Of a stretch of DNA of 64,000 nucleotides, positions 28,919 through 41,285 are shown one piece after another. The translations under genes and the position numbers were made by a program. The stretch's first letter is position 1. Each line of letters opens with the position of its first letter. The notes beneath the pieces are model-generated. The model was not told the DNA's origin. It saw nothing but the letters and a program-made list of their open reading frames with translations, and ran no database searches. The stretch lies in contig NEEC01000009.1 in NCBI GenBank assembly GCA_002189035.1, positions 3,224,001 through 3,288,000 of the forward strand, in the 5' to 3' direction. The DNA comes from Utricularia gibba (Eukaryota > Plantae > Magnoliophyta).

Positions 28919-31900
28919 TCACACAAAGGAATAGTCGGGTCGGGTTTGGAGTGCGGCCCGTGCCCGCAAATCTGCTAGCTCGTGTCCCGCGTCGCATATG
29001 TAGGCAGCCGCCTGCCTCCCCGACAGAGTGGCTCCTTCCATGCTGTCGATGTAGTCCTGAAAGCACACACAGAACAGTTTCAGGACAAAGGGAAGACCAG
29101 GGGGAAGGTGCATGAATCTGGACAAACGGAGAGAGACCTGCTTGGTGTATGATCCAGCCAGGAAGAAGTTCTTCACTGGTGTCTTTTGGTCTGGTCGAAA
29201 CGGGTCTTTTCCGGGTCCTTCACGATAAAGCGACTGTCCGATTTTGACAACAGAGGACCAGGTGACTTCGAGTCCTCGTGAAGATGGGAAAAGCTCCAAA
29301 GCCTGCATCATAACAACAGCAGCATTACACAGAAGTCAGATGAGGTGCATTGGATGGATTCACACCACTTGCCTGCTTTGAAACTCTTCTTATGATCTCA
29401 TCATTTGGTAGAGGCATGTACGGATCCCCAGGAGTAAGTACACACCTGAAGGACATGAGGTGTGAGTGCTTGTTTTCAGCAGCAAACACAGAGGATGTGA
29501 GATCTTACTGGAGCAAAGAGCCTTGCCCAGGGAGGTAGTAATCCTCAGGTGATGTGAGGGCAAGGTCTGCGAAGCAAGAAAAATCGGCGTCTGGCGTGTA
29601 AAGTAGATTATCAAGGCCTGTGGCCTCGGTCAACTGACTGATCATTCCAAAGTTTAGTTGATTTAGAAGGGAGGGATCGGAATGCCCAAAGAAAATGCTA
29701 TGCACTCACCGTGCTCGTTCTCTGTCCCTCAGCTCTGTAATCCAGCCGTTGTAGCGCAACTGTACTGTGACAACGGGTACACCCACAAGTTCGTAGATGT
29801 CCTTGAAGAACTGAGAGTCTTTCCAACTTTTTGGTAGTAATCTTTTAATGCCCGGACATCACAAGCTGTGCTAATCGAAAGATAACACAGAACCTTGAGA
29901 TAAAACAAGGGGACACACAAAAAATCTGTACACATGCACCGATGATAACCAGCATACCTGCTACATAAGCATCAGCTTCAACAATTTTCTTCTGGGTAGC
30001 CTGAACAAGAAGTTGAATTGAAATGATGAAAAAGGAGTAAGTGTACTGTGATGGCTCAGATTTCGGTAACTGTAAAATCCCATTGAAGGAAATTGGTAAA
30101 ATGCCGAGTTTCAGGTTTAATGGGTTTTGACAGCTGAAAATGTTCAGAAAAACAATAAATTTTGAATGTGGATGCGGATGCGGATACCTTAGATAATGCC
30201 AGACCAGTCACATACACGCCTCCATCAGAAGATTTATCGTGAAGAATCTCTCTGCATCCCCACCTTAAATGGAACCTGAACGACCAAGCAGATATATATA
30301 GCTTAACTATAAACGAAATTGTAGAGACACCATCTACATGTTTGAGAGTATGAGTCACCTGCCCCCTCTATCTGTGATATACTTTTTAATGGGGCCACTC
30401 AGAAACACATCTGGGGAGCCCTTGAGCATGCGAAGCAAGGAAGCCTCTGTCTTAGTAGCAAACAGAGAAAATATGGTGAGCATACAGCGGGCACTAATGT
30501 TGTCACAGTCGATGAATCCCAATGCATATGCGACAGGATCCCACATCCTTTGGATGCTCTTCCTCGTGCCCCCCTTGGATATGAACCAGTCAGAAAAGCT
30601 TATCTGTAGTTGAAATAAGTAGAAAAAATTAAAAAGCGGAATATTATGTGCCTCCCCTGCAATGTCTCTTGCACAAAACCATGAAAGGGAATACGTACAT
30701 AATCAAGATTTCTTATATCCTGCATTGCTCCATCTGGATCAACTAGAGCCCTCACAACTGGGCTAAGGGCGAGAGCCACTGCATTTCTTGCTTTATCAAC
30801 AGTCTACAAATCATGTCTATTTAGAAATCTCATTGAATAAAATAAACGATTTCCAGTTGGTGATATAGTATCAGTACCAACACTTTCTACGGAACTACTG
30901 AATTGTGGAAGACACACATGAACAAGCTAGGCCTTGGTCAGTTAGAACATTAATAGCTTCAGAGAAATCAATACTGTGATTATGCAGTTACGTTGCATAG
31001 ATGCTGGAAGAAGATATACAAGAAGTGGATTTGGCAGCTAATGAAAACTTGAATTTTTCATATTCATACCATACATTGTTTTTCCTTTTATCAGCAAGAC
31101 AACGTAAGGTATAAAAATCAATCCTACAAATGCTCCTCAAGTAGATGAAACAAAGAGATAATTAGGGATAAATCCTTGCTTCGCAGATGAAAAGCTTCAA
31201 TTTTTGCAGGATGGCATAAAGAAATGAAACCAAATTATCATCCATCAAGTCATTCAATCAACCTTAATCTCATAAACAATTTCAATAGATCTAGAACATC
31301 GAGTACCTCAAGTTGATTTGTTGTTAAAAATGCACGAATCCCATGTAGTGGTGCTCCAAATTGGAAACGGAAGTCAAGTTCTGCAAGGAGAGATTGCATG
31401 TTTAACCACACAAGTTCACAAAATTCTACTCTTGTCACTTCTTAGCTGAGTATAGCCATACCACCAATATCACCGCCTTTGTTGACGAATGTGTGTGTGT
31501 GTTCTTTCACCAAGAGATTTTTATCAGCACCAACCTAAGTGCAAGGGAACATGATATAAGGGCGTTACCAAAAAGGAAAGCATCAAAGTGCATTCATCAG
31601 AGAGTCCTGAACAAGCATACTCCATGCTGAAGTAAAAATCAATAAAAGGATTGTACCTTTTTCATCAAACGGAAAAGATTATTGTAGCAACCAAAGAAAA
31701 CATGCAGGCCCATCTCAATGTGATTCCCTTTTCTGTCTACAAAAGAACCCACTTTTCCGCCAATGAACGACCTCGATTCATATATATCCACCTGAAAAAA
31801 AAAAACTGACTTAGAGAAAGAAGCAAAAAAAAAAAAAAAAAAAAAAAATCACAAGAAAGAAAGAAAGACTCGGGTTGCATGTCCAATAGGTTCTACCAAC

Positions 31901-32412
31901 CAATTCAAAACACACAGTACTAAATTATCAAAGCACTTGCGTTGTTATTGATTTTATGTATTTTTTTCTAGTCAAATGTGGATTTGTAGATAGTTGTAAC
32001 TTTGAATCACCTCATGGCCTTGGTCCAACAGCTCAACAGCAGTAGACATACCAGCAAGACCAGCTCCAATTATCGCCACTTTCAGCTTTGGGCCCAGATA
32101 ACGCTCTGGTTCTGGAGGAAATAAGCCTTTGGGAGCTGAATTAAGAGCACCCATCTTTGATTAGGACCAGAAAGCTCATTTCCCAGGAAAACAAAACACA
32201 TCACATTTCCAACAAACGCCGAGTCAAAAAAATGAAAACACAACAGAAGCAATGATTCAGAGGTAAATTTCAATTTTCGTACCATTAACTCTCATGTCGG
32301 ATACACTTGAATCCAAATCACAGCGAATTGAAACCCTTCTAAACCGACTAGGAGAAGACCCACGAGTTCGGAAACCAGAAGCCGGGAAGCATACAGAAGC
32401 AGAAGCGGCCAT
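28919..32412 (-). CDS. ZDS: Zeta-carotene desaturase, about 13 exons
   Basis: [79 protein letters not shown] and [13 protein letters not shown]. One -1 break at 29854-29855 (ACDV[P]GIK). One GC-AG intron at 29372-29303. Confidence 0.95.
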
Positions 32413-32819
32413 CGTTTCTGCTCCAGCGGTTCCAAAGGGAGGCAGCAGAACGCAAGCCCAGTAGATAGGAAAATGAACTCTTTATCCCTCCCAAAAGAAA
32501 CACACCAAACAAATAAGCGCTGGCACAATGTCCACTCCATGCCTGGGCTGTTAAGGAATACACGTACACATCCACATGATCCCGTTTTTATCAGAAAATA
32601 AAAATAAAAATAATAATAATATTATTATTATTATTTTGAAGCAGTAACTGCAGTCATCTTCTTCGTCCCCAGTACTCATACTATTTTTTTGGACGGGATT
32701 GCGTGTTAAATCCAGAAAAAGCATGCAAACAATTAATATATATGCACGTAAACATCCACAATCAGCTCATATTCGGTATTTCTATTTTCCTGGTATCAAA
32801 AGCAAAGCACGTCTAGTTC

Positions 32820-34913
32820 TCATAGAGGCCTCAGCAGGGAGTAATCCTCAAGAAGTTCCTCTTCTGAAAGGGAGTCATCTTCATTCTGCGGTGTCCACAG
32901 CACCTCCACTGCCTGAGAACATTCCAGGGCATTATCAGAAACATATCACCATTCACTATAACTAGTTCTTTGCATGAACAATTGATGCAGAACACAGATG
33001 AAAATCAGCCAACCACGAGTTTCGAAGTGTTGAATTTGGCACTTTCGCTCCTCTATATGTGTGTGTTAATGTGTCACAATAGGCTTCTCACCAGAGTTCT
33101 GCTGGATGGGATGGATGCTAGCTTTTGCAGTGCTTCTTTCAGATCATTACTGTTGTTGATAGTGGGCAACGTGTGGTTCCCTTCGGCAGCTACCAAAATG
33201 GTGATCTGAGATTTTCAAAAAAATGTTGCAGTGGTAAGACAAACACATAAGAGAGAATTGCAGTTGAAAACCAGACTTGACACCAAATCGAATGGCGGAA
33301 ATTAGTATTCAACCCGAATCATTGTAAACTCCATGAAGATTTACCACTATGTACTCATTGGAAAATCCGGTGCTTTTAAGAATTGCTGAGCCTTGTCTCT
33401 TTATATTGTTGACGTTGACTAATGTCTCCTCATCAAACTTCCCACGTTCTTCAATGGAAAGTTGGTTAAATCTTTTCTCCCCTGCTTCAGGGCTGCTCTT
33501 CTTATCAACCTGCATTTAAGAAATCAAATTAAAGCAAAACGAACCATGGTCGCATCTCCACCCAAACCAGGAGCCTTTAATCTTACTGATGAGTATGCTG
33601 AGATGCAATAATCAGGATGCCGGAGCAATGCTAGAACCGTCTCTGCATGAATTTCACCATCAGTGAAGGAACATAAGATCACTGAAGGGCAACCAGTTTC
33701 AATAATGCCAACACAATGCTAGTTTACAAGGACTGTTTACATGGAAGAAGAAACTATAAACTTAAACACCCTTACACGTAATAACGAGAGCTAACAAATT
33801 TTCCATCTGAGATTTCTCGAATTAAACATGTTACCAGACAATACATAGTGAAGACCCTCTGGTGTGGATGTATCCGCAGTTTTTGCTATCCGGTTTAGAT
33901 CCCTCTGAAGTGACCTTGCTAATCCCAATAGTCCAACCTTAACCAAGAAAAAAGATTGAGTCATGAACAGAGCGAGCGAATATAGAGAGCATTGCATCAT
34001 CTTGTGATGCTACATGATTCAAATATTCCTGTTGAAACTTTTACAGATTTACTATGCATAGCAACACTTCTAAAAGCCCCACAAAGAACTTGCGATGTAT
34101 TTCAGCGTTTAGGTGACAAATCAAGGGGCAGATCATGCATTTTACAATCTAGATTCTTTTCTTCATTTTCATGTAATGAAACACAGAAATAGCATTCGGA
34201 CGGTAATTCTTTTCACCAATGCTTGGCACTAGCAAATGTGAACACACAGGAGCTCTTGTACCATTTATTACCTGCATCTTGATAACGCTCGTTTTCTCCG
34301 TTGCTGTGAGCACGCTGCCGTCGGACCCACCGGAAAGAAACCCAGAGACCAGTAAAAATGCAGCGAGCGCAATCACAATCAAGTAGAAACCGGAGCCGAT
34401 ACCGAATGCGGGGGCCACATAGATTCCACCAAAGGGAGAAGGACCATAATAGGGCATAGAGTACGAGAATCCAGATCCTGACTCCATCCTCGGCGCGCTG
34501 TAGCTTTTCGATATTGATGGAGATGATCGTGAAGAAAAAGAACGGCCGCCCATGCGTCCACCGGAGGCTGCCAATGCAGAGTTAGGATCATGGAACAGCA
34601 ATAACGCTACAATCACGGCTGCTACAGCAGGTTTCTGAAATTTCTCGAGAACATTCTGAACTCCATTCACCAGAAATTGAAGGTCGCGTTTGAGATCTCC
34701 AGATGTCAAGTAATGCTTCCGGCCAACCTCTTGATTGAGTGATTCTTTAGATTCGGGGCAGTTGTGGCAGCATTTGACCCTGATTTTACCGAAACTTCTC
34801 GGAACTTGAAAAGAAACACAAGAATGTAGCGACGGAGAACGCGGAAGGTGAAACAAATGGGTTTTCCATCTGAAAGCCGGCTCCTGCAAGCAGAGGCTCG
34901 GAACGCTGGTCAT
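32820..34913 (-). CDS. FLAP1: Fluctuating-light-acclimation protein 1 (DUF1517), six exons
   Basis: ALAASGGRMGGRSFSS, QVGLLGLARSLQRDLNRIA, RFNQLSIEERGKFDEETLVNVN and AVEVLWTPQNEDDSLSEEELLEDY..LRPL*; all junctions traced in phase. Confidence 0.88.
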
Positions 34914-35623
34914 GGCTGAAGGCAGAGGGATCAATCAAACAAGAAGAAATCCCAGAGACGAACGATGAAAATATGCTGGCAACCTAATCCAATGACGGCC
35001 AGAATTTTGAAAACAATTTTATGGATGGCGCACACCCCAAGGGGCCCCAAGTCCCTTTCCGCGGACAAAACTAACACCCGTAGACAAATGGAAGCCATAG
35101 ATATCCAGAATGGAATAAAACATTTCATTCTTGAAGTCAAGCTCCTCCTTTTTTGCGCCGATCACCGCAAAATCGACGGTAAACCATGTCCAACAGCATC
35201 AAGATGAGAACTTTGAAATGCCACTCAAAATTTGATGAGGTGGGAACAACATAGCAATCAAAGATTACTTTTCACCACATTTGAAATTCAAAGAGAACAC
35301 GTCCGATTGTGGCAGTAAAACCATGGAGAAAGAAATCATTCATCAATGTGTATTCATCAAAGAAATCATTCACTGCAGCTGCTGCTCCTGAAGTTTTGTT
35401 TAGATATCTGCCTGCCAGTTTGTTCCTTAGCATCCACAAAATGGGCATGAACTGACTAATTTCCTCCTCCCCCCCTTTTTTTTTATGTTGCGTACTCCCA
35501 AAAATTACATGATCCTCCTTTAAAATGGCTTCGGACCAACCAGGTGTTCGGCGTTCATCAGCATATGCTTATGTTATAAATAGAAAACATACATGAAACA
35601 TAAACCGAACCTGCAATCCCACA

Positions 35624-36204
35624 ATGAGCCAAGAGCAGCTTGTCAGTGCAGAGACTGCATCCATGGAGCAGGAGGTGAATCAGCTCCCTCCAAGGGAGAT
35701 CACCATTGGCGAAGCGTTGGAGGCGACGGCCCTGACGTCCTGTCACAGGGCGGTCGACTACAGCGACGCTGCTGCCATTCAGGCGGCAGAGGTCAGGGCT
35801 ACCGGCAGGACCAACATTGTCCCCGGAGGCGTCGCGGCGGCTGCCCAATCGGCGGCCATCCGCAACGCTAGGCTTTCCAGGGACGAGGACAAGACCAAGC
35901 TTGGAGAGATTCTCACGGTGACTGATCCATTGTCGAAAAGCATGCAAGAATCATCCTGTCGATAAATATATGTGCGTTCTTGATGATTTTGCTGCAGGAT
36001 GCGACTTCCAAACTACCGTCGGATAGGCCGGTGACACGAAGAGATGCCGAAGGGGTTATCGGGGCTGAGGTGAGAAATGATCCTAACCTCTGCACACAGC
36101 CCGGCGGCGTTGCTGCCTCCATCACCGCTGCAGCCAGACTTAACCAGAGCCATTCCTTTCCCACAAGTCACAACCACAATCACAACCACAAGCAGCAGAT
36201 TTGA
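35624..36204 (+). CDS. LEA D-34/seed maturation protein (SMP family, two-domain LEA47-like)
   Basis: ITIGEALEA, SDAAAIQAAEVRATG, PGGVAAAAQSAA and PGGVAASITAAARLNQ. One intron at about 35918-35997. Confidence 0.92.
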
Positions 36205-36599
36205 ACTCCGGATTCCACTAAATGGATGCATTAAAGGCTGCTGCTAGAACCCAGAACCAAACACGATTAGGGAGGGTAGGCATCAGCAAGAGCTTATACC
36301 TTCAGATTCATCATTCTTCTGTAAAAAAAAAAAATTACAGCCAGTTCCTCCATTACAGCTTACTGATTAACTGATGATGATGGAGGATTAATTTTGTTGT
36401 TTTTCCTCCGAGCCTCAATGGATTAAAAAACTGGAAATTCATGAAGCGCTTGCGCGTTTTAATAGAGTCGCTGTTCCAGGACAGATATCTTAGTTTGGAA
36501 AGGCATGAATACGGTGTCGTTTTGAGTTGAGAGGGGGCATTCAGCATCTCCGATTACTAGAGAGAGGGGGTACGTGGGACGTGAGATTTCCCTCGAAAA

Positions 36600-37737
36600 A
36601 TGGCTTCATCTTTGAAGTACGTTCGCGTGCCGCCGAGCTCGGCGAATCTGGAGGAGGCGCGGCGGCGGACTTTCGAGTTTTTCAAATTGGCTTGCAGATC
36701 CATTCCTACGATCATGGAGATTTACTCCCTCGACGACGTTGTGACCCGTTCGCAGCTTCGGTCCACAATTGCTTCAGAGATCCGGAAGAATGCTCAAGTC
36801 ACTAATCATAAGGTCACGCTAATTGCTTCGGTTTGAGATTAACGCTTTTTTTTTTTCATGAACTGGTGTGGATGCTGGTCAATTTGATCTCCACCTGTTT
36901 CTCAACAACAGCTGGAGTCTAATTCCTTTTGATGGGAAAAAAAAAATTAGCTAGTTTCTGCAGTTGAAATTGTTGGAGGTACGATTGAAAGCCTTAAACT
37001 GGGTTTGGGGGTATCGTTTATACACATTGTGTGTTGAAGTTGGCAAGTTTAGGTGTTTTTTTATTCCCTTTTTTGTGACTAAGGAATCAAAACTGCATAG
37101 GAAATCTCAGGCTACAGGAATTTTTGTATATTTGGTAGTTGGATGGGAGCGCCTCTCACATTTTTTATGACTTTATGCGTGTGTATTGGTATGATGATTT
37201 ACTTATCCGTCCAAAGCTCTTCACTTTTATTCAATGAGCATTGTTGTCGAAACCTCATACTTTGTCTTACGACATGAATGAATACCCAAAGGGGATATTA
37301 AGATATTGATAGAATATTGCATACCAGCCTAATGGAAATCCCATAAGCAACATACTGGTACAGCTTTCAGAGAGTGAATCGATAAAAGCTGGAGTCTTTT
37401 ATCTGAAACTTAATATTTATGCTAACCGGGCTTCATTGTCTGCTCGGGGATCAGCGATACTGCATGATGAATCAACTTGTTAGTTGCGTTTGTTCTGGAA
37501 AATTAAATCTTGCAGCAGCCATCAAAGACATGCTCAGTCTTTCGACTTGTGCAGGTTATTGATATGCTTCTGTTGAAGGGGACGGAAGAATTGAGTAACA
37601 TTGTAGAGCACGCGAAACAGAGGCACCACATCATCGGTCAGTATGTTCTAGGTGGCCATGGCTTGACTGACCTTGAGTCCAAGGACGAAGCTGCCTCAGA
37701 TTTCCTCAAGAATTTCTACAAAAGCAACTACTTCTGA
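36600..37737 (+). CDS. NDUFA6: Mitochondrial complex I subunit B14 (LYR family)
   Basis: Exon 1 VPPSSANLEEARRRTFEFFKLACRSIPTIMEIY; exon 2 VIDMLLLKGTEELSNIVEHAKQRHHIIGQYV...FLKNFYKSNYF*. Confidence 0.93.
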
Positions 37738-38488
37738 TCTTACTTCCTGCTGTCTACAATTGCTGCAGAGGTAACAACAAACCCCCATGGTGTAATAAAG
37801 GGAAGACAACTATCGCCATTTCCATTTGGAATAGCCGATAGAGGCACCGTTTTTTTTTCTGTTGGCAATGGATGTTCACTACGCTTGAAGCACCATTCAT
37901 TTTTATGACATCTGCGTTTTTTGTTGGAACTTCTCTAATGCATTTGATCTATGGTTGTCTAGGGGTGCCTTTTTGTCTATATATAATTTATTTCGTTGTA
38001 TGCAACAAAGATTCTCCTCTTGGGTACAACTTTTTACCGTGCTGTCGCCCCTTTTGCACATAAGAACAACGAGTTAGACAAATAAGAAACTCAGAGTCTT
38101 GGATATGGATCAACTGCGGTGTGGCATATCACTGTGTGAGAAGCAGATATTCAAGCTTTGAAACTCCCCTCTGAACATTCTGCAACTTTATGGAGCTATA
38201 TCTGGTTCAGCATAAGGTGGTTTTGAATGTTCCGATATTCGTGGTTGGATTCTTTGTTCTTTTTGAAATCATGGAGCGGTGCACAAACTGTTGTTGATTG
38301 ATACATAGTGGCACATCACACAGCAAAGATCATACAACATGAAAGCGCATGAAGAAAAGGAGCTTAGGTTGTTGCAGTAACCCGAGCTCTTCATTCATGT
38401 GGCCTTCTTTCTCAGCACAGACAAGGAGAGTTTGCCCAGATCGCCTTTCAAAGTAGATGAGCATTGCGTAGTGCATTTGATGCCACTA

Positions 38489-39620
38489 CTACTCTTTCCA
38501 AATCCGGCCGGTGACTCGGAGTTTCAGCTCTTTCCGGTCTCCGCCGGACAGAAAAAGGGCCATGTTCCGTTGGATTACAAGACCGTCAAAACTATCTCGA
38601 ACCTTCCTGTGGCTGTCTCTAATGCTTCTAGGCACTCCATGCCACACTATCTTCCTCCCATTACCTCCAACCTCGAGGCTGTAGCTATAATTCTTAGCCT
38701 CATTGTCGTCTCCCATGAAACGGAGAAATGCTATGTAGACAGGGGCCATCCCCAGCTGAAACGCTTCAAAATGCAGACAAAAGTATTGACCAAAGCAGCT
38801 GAAGACCTAGCAATGGGAGAAAAAAAAAGATGTCCTCATCATATAGACCAACTGTGGATTCATGAATCAGGGTGCCTCATTACCGTAAGCATCCATGTTG
38901 CGTTTTCCACTTCGTGCGGATTGGATTTGACGTAACGGTGATTGAAAGTGCTCCCGCTGTGCATGTCAACTTTGTGATCCTCTTTCAAGTGGCTCACAAG
39001 AGATGGGATATCACCCACCACAGGGCACTCAGATCCCGCATAAGGGCAATCATAAGGTCTGTAAGCACATACTGTTTCATGTTTGAGTTTGTTGTAGTAA
39101 GGATAGATGCCGGTACACCCAAAATTCTGGTACTTGCAGGGCAGATCAAGAGATGCGGCAACCTTCTCCAATGCCAGGCATCTGATGTTACCAAGTTCAT
39201 GTCGACAAGTTGGGCAGCGATTATGCACGCGAGGTTTACAACCGGAGCACAATGTGTGACCATTGGAACACTGCATGCACAGAGAAATGGGCATAAAGCC
39301 CCACAGAAGAGAGCTTAAGATTTCAGAATAATTTTTGGAATGCTAGTTCTCCACACATTCACAGAAGGGAATGACATTGCTCAATTCATGAGAGAAATGA
39401 GTTGTACCTGATGAATGGGGGGATACATGGCATTCAGGCAAACGGGGCAATCAAGCAGCTCACGCACATTACTTGAGACCGCGGCTGCATTGGGCTTCAA
39501 GACGCTTTCAGCAGAATCACTAACATTCTCCCCCTTGTCGAGCAAGTCCTCACTTTGAGGAGGATCAATGATCTCTTTGTTAATTCTTATGTCATCGAAA
39601 AAGCAATTCCCACCCGACAT
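38489..39620 (-). CDS. SINA/SINAT RING E3 ubiquitin ligase (SINAT1/2-like), three coding exons
   Basis: RING LLDCPVCLNAMYPPIHQCSNGHTLCSGC, SIAH zinc finger, and TRAF-like C-terminus ending LKLRVTGRIWKE*. A long 5' UTR intron is likely at about 39.65-40.28 kb. Confidence 0.95.
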
Positions 39621-41285
39621 TTGAAGCATGAACAGCAGCACCTGCACATTCTATGTTAAGATTAACACACAAAAAGCTGTAGATTATGAATCGCAAAATC
39701 GAAATTCTAGTAAAGCACAGTCATTGCCCCTAGCCGGATGCCAAAGCTAAGCACTTTAAAAAAGCCACCACAGAACAACTGTTAAATCTCCTCTGCAAAG
39801 GATCTTTGACCACAAAAGTGCCCAATCAGGATGAAATTTGAGAGCAAATGATGAATCTGACAAAACAAATCTCTATCGTGCAAGAAATCAGGATAACTTA
39901 GATTTTCAGGTTTCCGAAAACCCATGATACAACAAGTACACAGGGGAAAAAGTCTCAACAAGAACCAAAATTGGCTACAATTTGAATCACAAGAATCAGA
40001 GTAACCAACGACACAACAAATAATCCAAACACCCACCTGATTAAACAGTCCGTCCGACCCAGATTGCAAAACGAACAAACCCAAAATCCGACAATCTGGG
40101 TTCAATTGATAGGATTCGCAAATCTGTGGACAGAACTCAGAAGAGAGTTCACAAAAGGTCTAATCTTCACACTGCCCTTGTGTTCCCCTGTACATAAATA
40201 GGGATGTGCAGAAACTGAACAGCGAAACAGACAGTTAAAAACTCTGTTGACAAAAAAAAACCCAACATAAGAAAATGGATTCAAATTAAAAGCAGAGGCA
40301 CAGGGAGAAGGCGCGTGATGGCAGAGAAAAGTGGACCAGTCGGGAGCGGTTGGAGGATCAGTGCTCCAGGGCCGTCCATTAACCCTCTGACAAACATGGC
40401 CATTTCAAAATTCAAACACCCACCATCATCATCATCCGACAACTACTCCGTTCCTAAAACAAATGTGAATTGGCCATCGTTTATTTCCATGCCTCTGTTC
40501 CATTTACTTGCTCATCAACCACAGCAAGGTGCACCCTTTTTATTGATTGTGTCAAAGGAAAAGCATGTGTATATCGTCAATGCACCAGGGGTGGCCGGAA
40601 CAAGCAATTTCCGGGCTAGTCGATCATTTGTCAACGAGCAATATAAAATGGATGGTTCTTCTGTAAGTGACAAGATACACAACTCTGAAGCGACAGGGAA
40701 GGTGTAGTAGCAACTATTTTTTAATGTTGGAAAAGGATTGCACTTGGAAGTGGGTTGAGGGTTCGATCTCACAATGCACTGTCCAAGTGATTGATCATTG
40801 AAGTTCTTCAAGTTTTCCGGAGGAGCAGAATCAGTGGTGCCATTTCTCAGCACTGTCAACTGATTGAACGACTTAATCCAAGACAAAAAAAAAAAAAGAG
40901 TCTTGACAAAAATGCAAACTTTTTCACATGGCATAACTGCTCTAGCACGTCCTATTTCATCAGGGCTTCCACCCGTACGCAGGAACGAGGGGAATGAATC
41001 GCGTCTGTGTTAGGATTCATATCTTTGTGCACATAGTGTTTCCAGATCTGAGACAAATCCAGGTCAAAATCAAATTGGGGGTGAAGGGCAATACAAACCC
41101 TTGGCTGATTTTTCTCTGCTCCGTGATCTGCTTAGATGCATTCCCAGAAGCCGTGAATCGGCGGCGTTTCTCGTTTCTCACCGTTCCATAGGCATCGTTT
41201 CCTCAGCGACGCACATGTAGGTGATATGTGCATATCTATATATCTGTACATATATATTTGATAAAAAAGAGGAAAAGCGAGAATT

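Noticed and set aside
35140-35420. Coding remnant between FLAP1 and the LEA gene
   Set aside because: Multiple stops in all frames and only a short direct repeat (AAAGAAATCATTCA twice); nothing recognisable.
37455-37555. Intronic C/D snoRNA in the NDUFA6 intron (ATGATGA at about 37463)
   Set aside because: No terminal CTGA D box or terminal stem before the 3' splice site.
40745-40775. tRNA-derived SINE (B-box-like GGTTCGATCTC)
   Set aside because: No convincing A box, cloverleaf, A-rich tail or target-site duplication.
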